Below are positions 28,100 to 43,200 of a stretch of DNA of 64,000 bases, piece by piece. The position numbers were made by a program, and so were the translations under genes. Source of the DNA: Eledone cirrhosa. Its lineage: Eukaryota. The notes under the pieces were generated by a model that worked only from the letters and a program-made list of their open reading frames with translations, had not been told where the DNA came from and ran no database searches. Every line of letters begins with the position of its first letter. Within the stretch, counting starts at the first letter, position 1. The DNA lies in the NCBI GenBank assembly GCA_964016885.1, contig OZ024742.1, positions 337,900,001-337,964,000 on the forward strand. The letters are read 5' to 3'.

Positions 28100-30760
28100 G
28101 CAGCACACTCTTTTACTGGTTTCATTCATTAGACTGCGGCCATGCTGGGGCAGCACACTCTTTTACTGGTTTCATTCATTAGACTGCGGCCATGCTGGGG
28201 CAGCACACTCTTTTATTGGTTTCATTCATTAGACTGCGGCCATGCTGGGGCAGCACACTCTTTTACTGGTTTCATTCATTAGACTGTGGCCATGCTGGGG
28301 CAGCACACTCTTTTACTGGTTTCATTCATTAGACTGTGGCTATGCTGGGGTAGCACACTCTTTTACTGGTTTCATTCATTAGACTGCGGCCATGCTGGGG
28401 CAGCACACTCTTTTATTGGTTTCATTCATTAGACTGCGGCCATGCTGGGGCAGCACACTCTTTTACTGGTTTCACTCGTTAGACTGTGGCCATGCTGGGG
28501 CAGCACACTCTTTTACTGGTTTCAGCCATTAGACTGAGGCCATGCTGGGGCAGCACACTCTTTTACTGGTTTCATTCATTAGACTGCGGCCATGCTGGGG
28601 CAGCACACTCTTTTACTGGTTTCAGCCATTAGACTGAGGCCATGCTGGGGCAGCACACTCTTTTACTGGTTTCAGCCATTAGACTGCGGCCATGCTGGGG
28701 CAGCACACTCTTTTACTGGTTTCAGCCATTAGACTGAGGCCATGCTGGGGCAGCACACTCTTTTACTGGTTTCATTCATTAGACTGCGGCCATGCTGGGG
28801 CAGCACACTCTTTTACTGGTTTCAGCCATTAGACTGCGGCCATGCTGGGGCAGCACACTCTTTTACTGGTTTCATTCATTAGACTGCGGCCATGCTGGGG
28901 CAGCACACTCTTTTACTGGTTTCAGCCATTAGACTGAGGCCATGCTGGGGCAGTACACTCTTTTACTGGTTTCAGCCATTAGACTGAGGCCATGCTGGGG
29001 CAGCACACTCTTTTACTGGTTTCAGCCATTAGACTGCGGCCATGCTGGGGCAGCACACTCTTTTACTGGTTTCAGCCATTAGACTGAGGCCATGCTGGGG
29101 CAGCACACTCTTTTACTGGTTTCAGCCATTAGACTGAGGCCATGCTGGGGCAGCACACTCTTTTACTGGTTTCAGCCATTAGACTGCGGCCATGCTGGGG
29201 CAGCACACTCTTTTACTGGTTTCATTCATTAGACTGTGGCCATGCTGGGGCAGCACACTCTTTTACTGGTTTCATTCATTAGACTGTGGCCATGCTGGGG
29301 CAGCACACTCTTTTACTGGTTTCATTCATTAGACTGTGGCCATGCTGGGGCAGCACACTCTTTTACTGGTTTCAGCCATTAGACTGAGGCCATGCTGGGG
29401 CAGCACACTCTTTTACTGGTTTCAGCCATTAGACTGAGGCCATGCTGGGGCAGCACACTCTTTTACTGGTTTCAGCCATTAGACTGCGGCCATGCTGGGG
29501 CAGCACACTCTTTTACTGGTTTCATTCATTAGACTGCGGCCATGCTGGGGCAGCACACTCTTTTATTGGTTTCATTCATTAGACTGCGGCCATGCTGGGG
29601 CAGCACACTCTTTTACTGGTTTCACTCGTTAGACTGTGGCCATGCTGGGGCAGCACACTCTTTTAGTGGTTTCATTCATTAGACTGCGGCCATGCTGGGG
29701 CAGCACACTCTTTTACTGGTTTCATTCATTAGACTGCGGCCATGCTGGGGCAGCACACTCTTTTATTGGTTTCATTCATTAGACTGCGGCCATGCTGGGG
29801 CAGCACACTCTTTTACTGGTTTCATTCATTAGACTGTGGCCATGCTGGGGCAGCACACTCTTTTACTGGTTTCATTCATTAGACTGTGGCTATGCTGGGG
29901 TAGCACACTCTTTTACTGGTTTCATTCATTAGACTGCGGCCATGCTGGGGCAGCACACTCTTTTATTGGTTTCATTCATTAGACTGCGGCCATGCTGGGG
30001 CAGCACACTCTTTTACTGGTTTCACTCGTTAGACTGTGGCCATGCTGGGGCAGCACACTCTTTTACTGGTTTCAGCCATTAGACTGAGGCCATGCTGGGG
30101 CAGCACACTCTTTTACTGGTTTCATTCATTAGACTGCGGCCATGCTGGGGCAGCACACTCTTTTACTGGTTTCAGCCATTAGACTGAGGCCATGCTGGGG
30201 CAGCACACTCTTTTACTGGTTTCATTCATTAGACTGCGGCCATGCTGGGGCAGCACACTCTTTTACTGGTTTCAGCCATTAGACTGAGGCCATGCTGGGG
30301 CAGCACACTCTTTTACTGGTTTCATTCATTAGACTGCGGCCATGCTGGGGCAGCACACTCTTTTACTGGTTTCAGCCATTAGACTGCGGCCATGCTGGGG
30401 CAGCACACTCTTTTACTGGTTTCATTCATTAGACTGCGGCCATGCTGGGGCAGCACACTCTTTTACTGGTTTCAGCCATTAGACTGAGGCCATGCTGGGG
30501 CAGTACACTCTTTTACTGGTTTCAGCCATTAGACTGAGGCCATGCTGGGGCAGCACACTCTTTTACTGGTTTCAGCCATTAGACTGCGGCCATGCTGGGG
30601 CAGCACACTCTTTTACTGGTTTCAGCCATTAGACTGAGGCCATGCTGGGGCAGCACACTCTTTTACTGGTTTCAGCCATTAGACTGAGGCCATGCTGGGG
30701 CAGCACACTCTTTTACTGGTTTCAGCCATTAGACTGCGGCCATGCTGGGGCAGCACACTC
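28100..30760. repeat. About 1.1-kb block repeated at a 1550-bp offset
   Basis: TATG..TAGC 28341/29891, TTCACTCGTT 28471/30021 and CAGTACACTC 28951/30501. A related copy lies near 48300-49100 (CAGTAC at ~48813). Confidence 0.8.
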
Positions 30761-31589
30761 TTTTACTGGTTTCAGCCATTAGACTGAGGCCATGCTGGGG
30801 CAGCACACTCTTTTACTGGTTTCATTCATTAGACTGCGGCCATGCTGGGGCAGCACACTCTTTTATTGGTTTCAGCCATTAGACTGCGGCCATGCTGGGG
30901 CAGCACACTCTCTTACTGGTTTCAGCCATTAGACTGCGGCCATGCTGGGGCAGCACACTCTTTTACTGGTTTCAGCCATTAGACTGAGGCCATGCTGGGG
31001 CAGCACACTCTTTTACTGGTTTCAGCCATTAGACTGCGGCCATGCTGGGGCAGCACACTCTTTTACTGGTTTCAGCCATTAGACTGAGGCCATGCTGGGG
31101 CAGCACACTCTTTTACTCGTTTCAGCCATTAGACTGAGGCCATGCTGGGGCAGCACACTCTTTTACTGGTTTCATTCATTAGACTGCGGCCATGCTGGGG
31201 CAGCACACTCTTTTACTGGTTTCAGCCATTAGACTGCGGCCATGCTGGGGCAGCACACTCTCTTACTGGTTTCATTCATTAGACTGCGGCCATGCTGGGG
31301 CAGCACACTCTTTTACTGGTTTCAGCCATTAGACTGCGGCCATGCTGGGGCAGCACACTCTTTTACTGGTTTCAGCCATTAGACTGCGGCCATGCTGGGG
31401 CAGCACACTCTTTTACTGGTTTCAGCCATTAGACTGAGGCCATGCTGGGGCAGCACACTCTTTTACTGGTTTCAGCCATTAGACTGAGGCCATGCTGGGG
31501 CAGCACACTCTTTTACTGGTTTCAGCCATTAGACTGCGGCCATGCTGGGGCAGCACACTCTTTTACTGGTTTCAGCCATTAGACTGCGG

Positions 31590-34500
31590 CCATGCTGGGG
31601 CAGCACACTCTTTTACTGGTTTCATTCATTAGACTGCGGCCATGCTGGGGCAGCACACTCTTTTATTGGTTTCAGCCATTAGACTGCGGCCATGCTGGGG
31701 CAGCACTCTCTTTTACTGGTTTCAGCCATTAGACTGCGGCCATGCTGGGGCAGCACACTCTTTTACTGGTTTCATTCATTCGACTGTGGCCATGCTGGGG
31801 CAGCACACTCTTTTACTGGTTTCAGCCATTAGACTGCGGCCATGCTGGGGCAGCACACTCTTTTACTGGTTTCATTCATTCGACTGTGGCCATGTTGGGG
31901 CAGCACACTCTTTTATTGGTTTCATTCATTCGACTGTGGCCATGCTGGGGCAGCACACTCTTTTACTGGCTTCATTCATTCGACTGTGGCCATGCTGGGG
32001 CAGCACACTCTTTTATTGGTTTCATTCATTCGACTGTGGCCATGCTGGGGCAGCACACTCTTTTACTGGTTTCAGCCATTAGACTGTGGCCATGCTGGGG
32101 CAGCACACTCTTTTACTGGTTTCAGCCATTAGACTGCGGCCATGCTGGGGCAGCACACTCTTTTACTGGTTTCATTCATTCGACTGTGGCCATGCTGGGG
32201 CAGCACACTCTTTTACTGGTTTCAGCCATTAGACTGCGGCCATGCTGGGGCAGCACACTCTTTTACTGGTTTCATTCATTAGACTGCAGCCATGCTGGGG
32301 CAGCACACTCTTTTACTGGTTTCAGCCATTAGACTGCGGCCATGCTGGGGCAGCACACTCTTTTATTGGTTTCATTCATTAGACTGCGGCCATGCTGGGG
32401 CAGCACACTCTTTTACTGGTTTCAGCCATTAGACTGCGGCCATGCTGGGGCAGCACACTCTTTTACTGGTTTCATTCATTAGACTGTGGCCATGCTGGGG
32501 CAGCACACTCTTTTACTGGTTTCAGCCATTAGACTGTGGCCATGCTGGGGCAGCACACTCTTTTACTGGTTTCAGCCATTAGACTGTGGCCATGCTGGGG
32601 CAGCACACTCTTTTACTGGTTTCATTCATTAGACTGTGGCCATGCTGGGGCAGCACACTCTTTTACTGGTTTCATTCATTAGACTGTGGCCATGCTGGGG
32701 CAGCACACTCTTTTACTGGTTTCATTCATTAGACTGTGGCCATCCTGGGGCAGCACACTCTTTTACTAGTTTCATTCATTAGACTGCGGCCATGCTGGGG
32801 CAGCACACTCTTTTACTGGTTTCATTCATTAGACTGCGGCCATGCTGGGGCAGCACACTCTTTTACTGGTTTCATTCATTACACTGTGGCCATGCTGGGG
32901 CAGCACACTCTTTTACTGGTTTCATTCATTCATTAGACTGTGGCCATGCTGGGGCAGCACACTCTTTTACTGGTTTCATTCATTAGACTGCGGCCATGCT
33001 GGGGCAGCACACTCTTTTACTGGTTTCATTCATTAGACTGCGGCCATGCTGGGGCAGCACACTCTTTTACTGGTTTCATTCATTAGACTGCGGCCATGCT
33101 GGGGCAGCACACTCTTTTACTGGTTTCATTCATTAGACTGCGGCCATGCTGGGGCAGCACACTCTTTTACTGGTTTCATTCATTACACTGTGGCCATGCT
33201 GGGGCAGCACACTCTTTTACTGGTTTCAGCCATTAGACTGTGGCCATGCTGGGGCAGCACACTCTTTTACTGGTTTCATTCATTAGACTGTGGCCATGCT
33301 GGGTCAGCACACTCTTTTACTGGTTTCATTCATTAGACTGTGGCCATGCTGGGGCAGCACACTCTTTTACTGGTTTCATTCATTACACTGTGGCCATGCT
33401 GGGGCAGCACACTCTTTTACTGGTTTCATTCATTAGACTGCGGCCATGCTGGGGCAGCACACTCTTTTACTGGTTTCATTCATTAGACTGAGGCCATGCT
33501 GGGGCAGCACACTCTTTTATTGGTTTCATTCATTAGACTGAGGCCATGCTGGGGCAGCACACTCTTTTACTGGTTTCATTCATTAGACTGCGGCCATGCT
33601 GGGGCAGCACACTCTTTTACTGGTTTCATTCATTAGAGTGTGGCCATGCTGGGGCAGCACACTCTTTTACTGGTTTCATTCATTAGACTGCGGCCATGCT
33701 GGGGCAGCACACTCTTTTACTGGTTTCAGCCATTAGACTGCGGCCATGCTGGGGCAGCACACTCTTTTACTGGTTTCATTCATTAGACTGCGGCCATGCT
33801 GGGGCAGCACACTCTTTTACTGGTTTCATTCATTAGACTGCGGCCATGCTGGGGCAGCACACTCTTTTATTGGTTTCATTCATTAGACTGCGGCCATGCT
33901 GGGGCAGCACACTCTTTTACTGGTTTCATTCATTAGACTGTGGCCATGCTGGGGCAGCACACTCTTTTACTGGTTTCATTCATTAGACTGTGGCTATGCT
34001 GGGGCAGCACACTCTTTTATTGGTTTCATTCATTAGACTGCGGCCATGCTGGGGCAGCACACTCTTTTACTGGTTTCATTCATTAGACTGCGGCCATGCT
34101 GGGGCAGCACACTCTTTTACTGGTTTCAGCCATTAGACTGCGGCCATGCTGGGGCAGCACACTCTTTTACTGGTTTCATTCATTAGACTGTGGCCATGCT
34201 GGGGCAGCACACTCTTTTACTGGTTTCATTCATTAGACTGTGGCTATGCTGGGGCAGCACACTCTTTTATTGGTTTCATTCATTAGACTGCGGCCATGCT
34301 GGGGCAGCACACTCTTTTACTGGTTTCATTCATTAGACTGCGGCCATGCTGGGGCAGCACACTCTTTTACTGGTTTCATTCATTAGACTGTGGCCATGCT
34401 GGGGCAGCACACTCTTTTACTGGTTTCATTCATTAGACTGTGGCCATGCTGGGGCAGCACACTCTTTTACTGGTTTCATTCATTAGACTGTGGCCATGCT

Positions 34501-37500
34501 GGGGCAGCACACTCTTTTACTGGTTTCATTCATTAGACTGTGGCCATGCTGGGGCAGCACACTCTTTTACTGGTTTCAGCCATTAGACTGCGGCCATGCT
34601 GGGGCAGCACACTCTTTTACTGGTTTCATTCATTAGACTGTGGCCATGCTGGGGCAGCACACTCTTTTACTGGTTTCATTCATTAGACTGTGGCTATGCT
34701 GGGGCAGCACACTCTTTTATTGGTTTCATTCATTAGACTGCGGCCATGCTGGGGCAGCACACTCTTTTACTGGTTTCATTCATTAGACTGCGGCCATGCT
34801 GGGGCAGCACACTCTTTTACTGGTTTCAGCCATTAGACTGCGGCCATGCTGGGGCAGCACACTCTTTTACTGGTTTCATTCATTAGACTGCGGCCATGCT
34901 GGGGCAGCACACTCTTTTACTGGTTTCATTCATTAGACTGCGGCCATGCTGGGGCAGCACACTCTTTTATTGGTTTCATTCATTAGACTGCGGCCATGCT
35001 GGGGCAGCACACTCTTTTACTGGTTTCATTCATTAGACTGTGGCCATGCTGGGGCAGCACACTCTTTTACTGGTTTCATTCATTAGACTGTGGCTATGCT
35101 GGGGCAGCACACTCTTTTACTGGTTTCATTCATTAGACTGCGGCCATGCTGGGGCAGCACACTCTTTTACTGGTTTCATTCATTAGACTGCGGCCATGCT
35201 GGGGCAGCACACTCTTTTACTGGTTTCATTCATTAGACTGCGGCCATGCTGGGGCAGCACACTCTTTTACTGGTTTCATTCATTAGACTGCGGCCATGCT
35301 GGGGCAGCACACTCTTTTACTGGTTTCATTCATTAGACTGCGGCCATGCTGGGGCAGCACACTCTTTTATTGGTTTCATTCATTAGACTGCGGCCATGCT
35401 GGGGCAGCACACTCTTTTACTGGTTTCACTCGTTAGACTGTGGCCATGCTGGGGCAGCACACTCTTTTACTGGTTTCAGCCATTAGACTGAGGCCATGCT
35501 GGGGCAGCACACTCTTTTACTGGTTTCATTCATTAGACTGCGGCCATGCTGGGGCAGCACACTCTTTTACTGGTTTCATTCATTAGACTGCGGCCATGCT
35601 GGGGCAGCACACTCTTTTATTGGTTTCATTCATTAGACTGCGGCCATGCTGGGGCAGCACACTCTTTTACTGGTTTCATTCATTAGACTGTGGCCATGCT
35701 GGGGCAGCACACTCTTTTACTGGTTTCATTCATTAGACTGTGGCTATGCTGGGGTAGCACACTCTTTTACTGGTTTCATTCATTAGACTGCGGCCATGCT
35801 GGGGCAGCACACTCTTTTATTGGTTTCATTCATTAGACTGCGGCCATGCTGGGGCAGCACACTCTTTTACTGGTTTCATTCATTAGACTGCGGCCATGCT
35901 GGGGCAGCACACTCTTTTACTGGTTTCATTCATTAGACTGCGGCCATGCTGGGGCAGCACACTCTTTTATTGGTTTCAGCCATTAGACTGCGGCCATGCT
36001 GGGGCAGCACTCTCTTTTACTGGTTTCAGCCATTAGACTGCGGCCATGCTGGGGCAGCACACTCTTTTACTGGTTTCATTCATTCGACTGTGGCCATGCT
36101 GGGGCAGCACACTCTTTTACTGGTTTCAGCCATTAGACTGCGGCCATGCTGGGGCAGCACACTCTTTTACTGGTTTCATTCATTCGACTGTGGCCATGTT
36201 GGGGCAGCACACTCTTTTATTGGTTTCATTCATTCGACTGTGGCCATGCTGGGGCAGCACACTCTTTTACTGGCTTCATTCATTCGACTGTGGCCATGCT
36301 GGGGCAGCACACTCTTTTATTGGTTTCATTCATTCGACTGTGGCCATGCTGGGGCAGCACACTCTTTTACTGGTTTCAGCCATTAGACTGTGGCCATGCT
36401 GGGGCAGCACACTCTTTTACTGGTTTCAGCCATTAGACTGCGGCCATGCTGGGGCAGCACACTCTTTTACTGGTTTCATTCATTCGACTGTGGCCATGCT
36501 GGGGCAGCACACTCTTTTACTGGTTTCAGCCATTAGACTGCGGCCATGCTGGGGCAGCACACTCTTTTACTGGTTTCATTCATTAGACTGCAGCCATGCT
36601 GGGGCAGCACACTCTTTTACTGGTTTCAGCCATTAGACTGCGGCCATGCTGGGGCAGCACACTCTTTTATTGGTTTCATTCATTAGACTGCGGCCATGCT
36701 GGGGCAGCACACTCTTTTACTGGTTTCAGCCATTAGACTGCGGCCATGCTGGGGCAGCACACTCTTTTACTGGTTTCATTCATTAGACTGTGGCCATGCT
36801 GGGGCAGCACACTCTTTTACTGGTTTCAGCCATTAGACTGTGGCCATGCTGGGGCAGCACACTCTTTTACTGGTTTCAGCCATTAGACTGTGGCCATGCT
36901 GGGGCAGCACACTCTTTTACTGGTTTCATTCATTAGACTGTGGCCATGCTGGGGCAGCACACTCTTTTACTGGTTTCATTCATTAGACTGTGGCCATGCT
37001 GGGGCAGCACACTCTTTTACTGGTTTCATTCATTAGACTGTGGCCATCCTGGGGCAGCACACTCTTTTACTAGTTTCATTCATTAGACTGCGGCCATGCT
37101 GGGGCAGCACACTCTTTTACTGGTTTCATTCATTAGACTGCGGCCATGCTGGGGCAGCACACTCTTTTACTGGTTTCATTCATTACACTGTGGCCATGCT
37201 GGGGCAGCACACTCTTTTACTGGTTTCATTCATTCATTAGACTGTGGCCATGCTGGGGCAGCACACTCTTTTACTGGTTTCATTCATTAGACTGCGGCCA
37301 TGCTGGGGCAGCACACTCTTTTACTGGTTTCATTCATTAGACTGCGGCCATGCTGGGGCAGCACACTCTTTTACTGGTTTCATTCATTAGACTGCGGCCA
37401 TGCTGGGGCAGCACACTCTTTTACTGGTTTCATTCATTAGACTGCGGCCATGGTGGGGCAGCACACTCTTTTACTGGTTTCATTCATTACACTGTGGCCA

Positions 37501-40235
37501 TGCTGGGGCAGCACACTCTTTTACTGGTTTCAGCCATTAGACTGTGGCCATGCTGGGGCAGCACACTCTTTTACTGGTTTCATTCATTAGACTGTGGCCA
37601 TGCTGGGTCAGCACACTCTTTTACTGGTTTCATTCATTAGACTGTGGCCATGCTGGGGCAGCACACTCTTTTACTGGTTTCATTCATTACACTGTGGCCA
37701 TGCTGGGGCAGCACACTCTTTTACTGGTTTCATTCATTAGACTGCGGCCATGCTGGGGCAGCACACTCTTTTACTGGTTTCATTCATTAGACTGAGGCCA
37801 TGCTGGGGCAGCACACTCTTTTATTGGTTTCATTCATTAGACTGAGGCCATGCTGGGGCAGCACACTCTTTTACTGGTTTCATTCATTAGACTGCGGCCA
37901 TGCTGGGGCAGCACACTCTTTTACTGGTTTCATTCATTAGAGTGTGGCCATGCTGGGGCAGCACACTCTTTTACTGGTTTCATTCATTAGACTGCGGCCA
38001 TGCTGGGGCAGCACACTCTTTTACTGGTTTCAGCCATTAGACTGCGGCCATGCTGGGGCAGCACACTCTTTTACTGGTTTCATTCATTAGACTGCGGCCA
38101 TGCTGGGGCAGCACACTCTTTTACTGGTTTCATTCATTAGACTGCGGCCATGCTGGGGCAGCACACTCTTTTATTGGTTTCATTCATTAGACTGCGGCCA
38201 TGCTGGGGCAGCACACTCTTTTACTGGTTTCATTCATTAGACTGTGGCCATGCTGGGGCAGCACACTCTTTTACTGGTTTCATTCATTAGACTGTGGCTA
38301 TGCTGGGGCAGCACACTCTTTTATTGGTTTCATTCATTAGACTGCGGCCATGCTGGGGCAGCACACTCTTTTACTGGTTTCATTCATTAGACTGCGGCCA
38401 TGCTGGGGCAGCACACTCTTTTACTGGTTTCAGCCATTAGACTGCGGCCATGCTGGGGCAGCACACTCTTTTACTGGTTTCATTCATTAGACTGTGGCCA
38501 TGCTGGGGCAGCACACTCTTTTACTGGTTTCATTCATTAGACTGTGGCTATGCTGGGGCAGCACACTCTTTTATTGGTTTCATTCATTAGACTGCGGCCA
38601 TGCTGGGGCAGCACACTCTTTTACTGGTTTCATTCATTAGACTGCGGCCATGCTGGGGCAGCACACTCTTTTACTGGTTTCATTCATTAGACTGTGGCCA
38701 TGCTGGGGCAGCACACTCTTTTACTGGTTTCATTCATTAGACTGTGGCCATGCTGGGGCAGCACACTCTTTTACTGGTTTCATTCATTAGACTGTGGCCA
38801 TGCTGGGGCAGCACACTCTTTTACTGGTTTCATTCATTAGACTGTGGCCATGCTGGGGCAGCACACTCTTTTACTGGTTTCAGCCATTAGACTGCGGCCA
38901 TGCTGGGGCAGCACACTCTTTTACTGGTTTCATTCATTAGACTGTGGCCATGCTGGGGCAGCACACTCTTTTACTGGTTTCATTCATTAGACTGTGGCTA
39001 TGCTGGGGCAGCACACTCTTTTATTGGTTTCATTCATTAGACTGCGGCCATGCTGGGGCAGCACACTCTTTTACTGGTTTCATTCATTAGACTGCGGCCA
39101 TGCTGGGGCAGCACACTCTTTTACTGGTTTCAGCCATTAGACTGCGGCCATGCTGGGGCAGCACACTCTTTTACTGGTTTCATTCATTAGACTGCGGCCA
39201 TGCTGGGGCAGCACACTCTTTTACTGGTTTCATTCATTAGACTGCGGCCATGCTGGGGCAGCACACTCTTTTATTGGTTTCATTCATTAGACTGCGGCCA
39301 TGCTGGGGCAGCACACTCTTTTACTGGTTTCATTCATTAGACTGTGGCCATGCTGGGGCAGCACACTCTTTTACTGGTTTCATTCATTAGACTGTGGCTA
39401 TGCTGGGGCAGCACACTCTTTTACTGGTTTCATTCATTAGACTGCGGCCATGCTGGGGCAGCACACTCTTTTACTGGTTTCATTCATTAGACTGCGGCCA
39501 TGCTGGGGCAGCACACTCTTTTACTGGTTTCATTCATTAGACTGCGGCCATGCTGGGGCAGCACACTCTTTTACTGGTTTCATTCATTAGACTGCGGCCA
39601 TGCTGGGGCAGCACACTCTTTTACTGGTTTCATTCATTAGACTGCGGCCATGCTGGGGCAGCACACTCTTTTATTGGTTTCATTCATTAGACTGCGGCCA
39701 TGCTGGGGCAGCACACTCTTTTACTGGTTTCACTCGTTAGACTGTGGCCATGCTGGGGCAGCACACTCTTTTACTGGTTTCAGCCATTAGACTGAGGCCA
39801 TGCTGGGGCAGCACACTCTTTTACTGGTTTCATTCATTAGACTGCGGCCATGCTGGGGCAGCACACTCTTTTACTGGTTTCATTCATTAGACTGCGGCCA
39901 TGCTGGGGCAGCACACTCTTTTATTGGTTTCATTCATTAGACTGCGGCCATGCTGGGGCAGCACACTCTTTTACTGGTTTCATTCATTAGACTGTGGCCA
40001 TGCTGGGGCAGCACACTCTTTTACTGGTTTCATTCATTAGACTGTGGCTATGCTGGGGTAGCACACTCTTTTACTGGTTTCATTCATTAGACTGCGGCCA
40101 TGCTGGGGCAGCACACTCTTTTATTGGTTTCATTCATTAGACTGCGGCCATGCTGGGGCAGCACACTCTTTTACTGGTTTCATTCATTAGACTGCGGCCA
40201 TGCTGGGGCAGCACACTCTTTTACTGGTTTCATTC
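31590..40235. repeat. 4304-bp tandem duplication (86 monomers including one 54-mer): ~31590-35894 and ~35895-40235
   Basis: The cluster of CGACTG (A41C) monomers, CAGCACTCTC, ACTGGCTTC and ACTGCAGC all recur at +4304. ORF pairs are 31642/35946, 31742/36046, 32736/37040 and 33240/37544. Confidence 0.94.
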
Positions 40236-43200
40236 ATTAGAGTGTGGCCATGCTGGGGCAGCACACTCTTTTACTGGTTTCATTCATTAGACTGCGGCCA
40301 TGCTGGGGCAGCACACTCTTTTACTGGTTTCATTCATTAGACTGTGGCCATGCTGGGGCAGCACACTCTTTTACTGGTTTCATTCATTAGACTGCGGCCA
40401 TGCTGGGGCAGCACACTCTTTTACTGGTTTCAGCCATTAGACTGCGGCCATGCTGGGGCAGCACACTCTTTTACTGGTTTCATTCATTAGACTGCGGCCA
40501 TGCTGGGGCAGCACACTCTTTTACTGGTTTCATTCATTAGACTGCGGCCATGCTGGGGCAGCACACTCTTTTACTGGTTTCATTCATTAGACTGCGGCCA
40601 TGCTGGGGCAGCACACTCTTTTATTGGTTTCATTCATTAGACTGCGGCCATGCTGGGGCAGCACACTCTTTTACTGGTTTCATTCATTAGACTGTGGCCA
40701 TGCTGGGGCAGCACACTCTTTTACTGGTTTCATTCATTAGACTGTGGCCATGCTGGGGCAGCACACTCTTTTATTGGTTTCAGTCATTAGACTGCGGCCA
40801 TGTTGGGGCAGCACACTCTTTTACTGGTTTCATTCATTAGACTGCGGCCATGCTGGGGCAGCACACTCTTTTATTGGTTTCATTCATTAGACTGTGGCCA
40901 TGCTGGGGCAGCACACTCTTTTACTGGTTTCATTCATTAGACTGTGGCCATGCTGGGGCAGCACACTCTTTTATTGGTTTCAGTCATTAGACTGCGGCCA
41001 TGTTGGGGCAGCACACTCTTTTACTGGTTTCATTCATTAGACTGCGGCCATGCTGGGGCAGCACACTCTTTTACTGGTTTCATTCATTAGACTGAGGCCA
41101 TGCTGGGGCAGCACACTCTTTTACTGGTTTCATTCATTAGACTGTGGCCATGCTGGGGCAGCACACTCTTTTACTGGTTTCATTCATTAGACTGCGGCCA
41201 TGCTGGGGCAGCACACTCTTTTACTGGTTTCATTCATTAGACTGTGGCCATGCTGGGGCAGCACACTCTTTTACTGGTTTCATTCATTAGACTGCGGCCA
41301 TGCTGGGGCAGCACACTCTTTTACTGGTTTCATTCATTAGACTGTGGCCATGCTGGGGCAGCACACTCTTTTACTGGTTTCATTCATTAGACTGCGGCCA
41401 TGCTGGGGCAGCACACTCTTTTACTGGTTTCATTCATTAGACTGCGGCCATGCTGGGGCAGCACACTCTTTTACTGGTTTCATTCATTAGACTGCGGCCA
41501 TGCTGGGGCAGCACACTCTTTTACTGGTTTCATTCATTAGACTGTGGCCATGCTGGGGCAGCACACTCTTTTACTGGTTTCATTCATTAGACTGCGGCCA
41601 TGCTGGGGCAGCACACTCTTTTACTGGTTTCATTCATTAGACTGCGGCCATGCTGGGGCAGCACACTCTTTTACTGGTTTCATTCATTAGACTGCGGCCA
41701 TGCTGGGGCAGCACACTCTTTTACTGGTTTCATTCATTAGACTGCGGCCATGCTGGGGCAGCACACTCTTTTACTGGTTTCATTCATTAGACTGCGGCCA
41801 TGCTGGGGCAGCACACTCTTTTACTGGTTTCATTCATTAGACTGTGGCCATGCTGGGGCAGCACACTCTTTTACTGGTTTCATTCATTAGACTGCGGCCA
41901 TGCTGGGGCAGCACACTCTTTTACTGGTTTCATTCATTAGACTGCGGCCATGCTGGGGCAGCACACTCTTTTACTGGTTTCATTCATTAGACTGCGGCCA
42001 TGCTGGGGCAGCACACTCTTTTACTGGTTTCATTCATTAGACTGCGGCCATGCTGGGGCAGCACACTCTTTTACTGGTTTCATTTATTACACTGTGGCCA
42101 TGCTGGGGCAGCACACTCTTTTACTGGTTTCATTCATTCATTAGACTGTGGCCATGCTGGGGCAGCACACTCTTTTACTGGTTTCATTCATTAGACTGCG
42201 GCCATGCTGGGGCAGCACACTCTTTTACTGGTTTCATTCATTAGACTGCGGCCATGCTGGGGCAGCACACTCTTTTACTGGTTTCATTCATTAGACTGCG
42301 GCCATGCTGGGGCAGCACACTCTTTTACTGGTTTCATTCATTAGACTGCGGCCATGCTGGGGCAGCACACTCTTTTACTGGTTTCATTCATTACACTGTG
42401 GCCATGCTGGGGCAGCACACTCTTTTACTGGTTTCAGCCATTAGACTGTGGCCATGCTGGGGCAGCACACTCTTTTACTGGTTTCATTCATTAGACTGTG
42501 GCCATGCTGGGTCAGCACACTCTTTTACTGGTTTCATTCATTAGACTGTGGCCATGCTGGGGCAGCACACTCTTTTACTGGTTTCATTCATTACACTGTG
42601 GCCATGCTGGGGCAGCACACTCTTTTACTGGTTTCATTCATTAGACTGCGGCCATGCTGGGGCAGCACACTCTTTTACTGGTTTCATTCATTAGACTGAG
42701 GCCATGCTGGGGCAGCACACTCTTTTATTGGTTTCATTCATTAGACTGAGGCCATGCTGGGGCAGCACACTCTTTTACTGGTTTCATTCATTAGACTGCG
42801 GCCATGCTGGGGCAGCACACTCTTTTACTGGTTTCATTCATTAGAGTGTGGCCATGCTGGGGCAGCACACTCTTTTACTGGTTTCATTCATTAGACTGCG
42901 GCCATGCTGGGGCAGCACACTCTTTTACTGGTTTCAGCCATTAGACTGCGGCCATGCTGGGGCAGCACACTCTTTTACTGGTTTCATTCATTAGACTGCG
43001 GCCATGCTGGGGCAGCACACTCTTTTACTGGTTTCATTCATTAGACTGCGGCCATGCTGGGGCAGCACACTCTTTTATTGGTTTCATTCATTAGACTGCG
43101 GCCATGCTGGGGCAGCACACTCTTTTACTGGTTTCATTCATTAGACTGTGGCCATGCTGGGGCAGCACACTCTTTTACTGGTTTCATTCATTAGACTGTG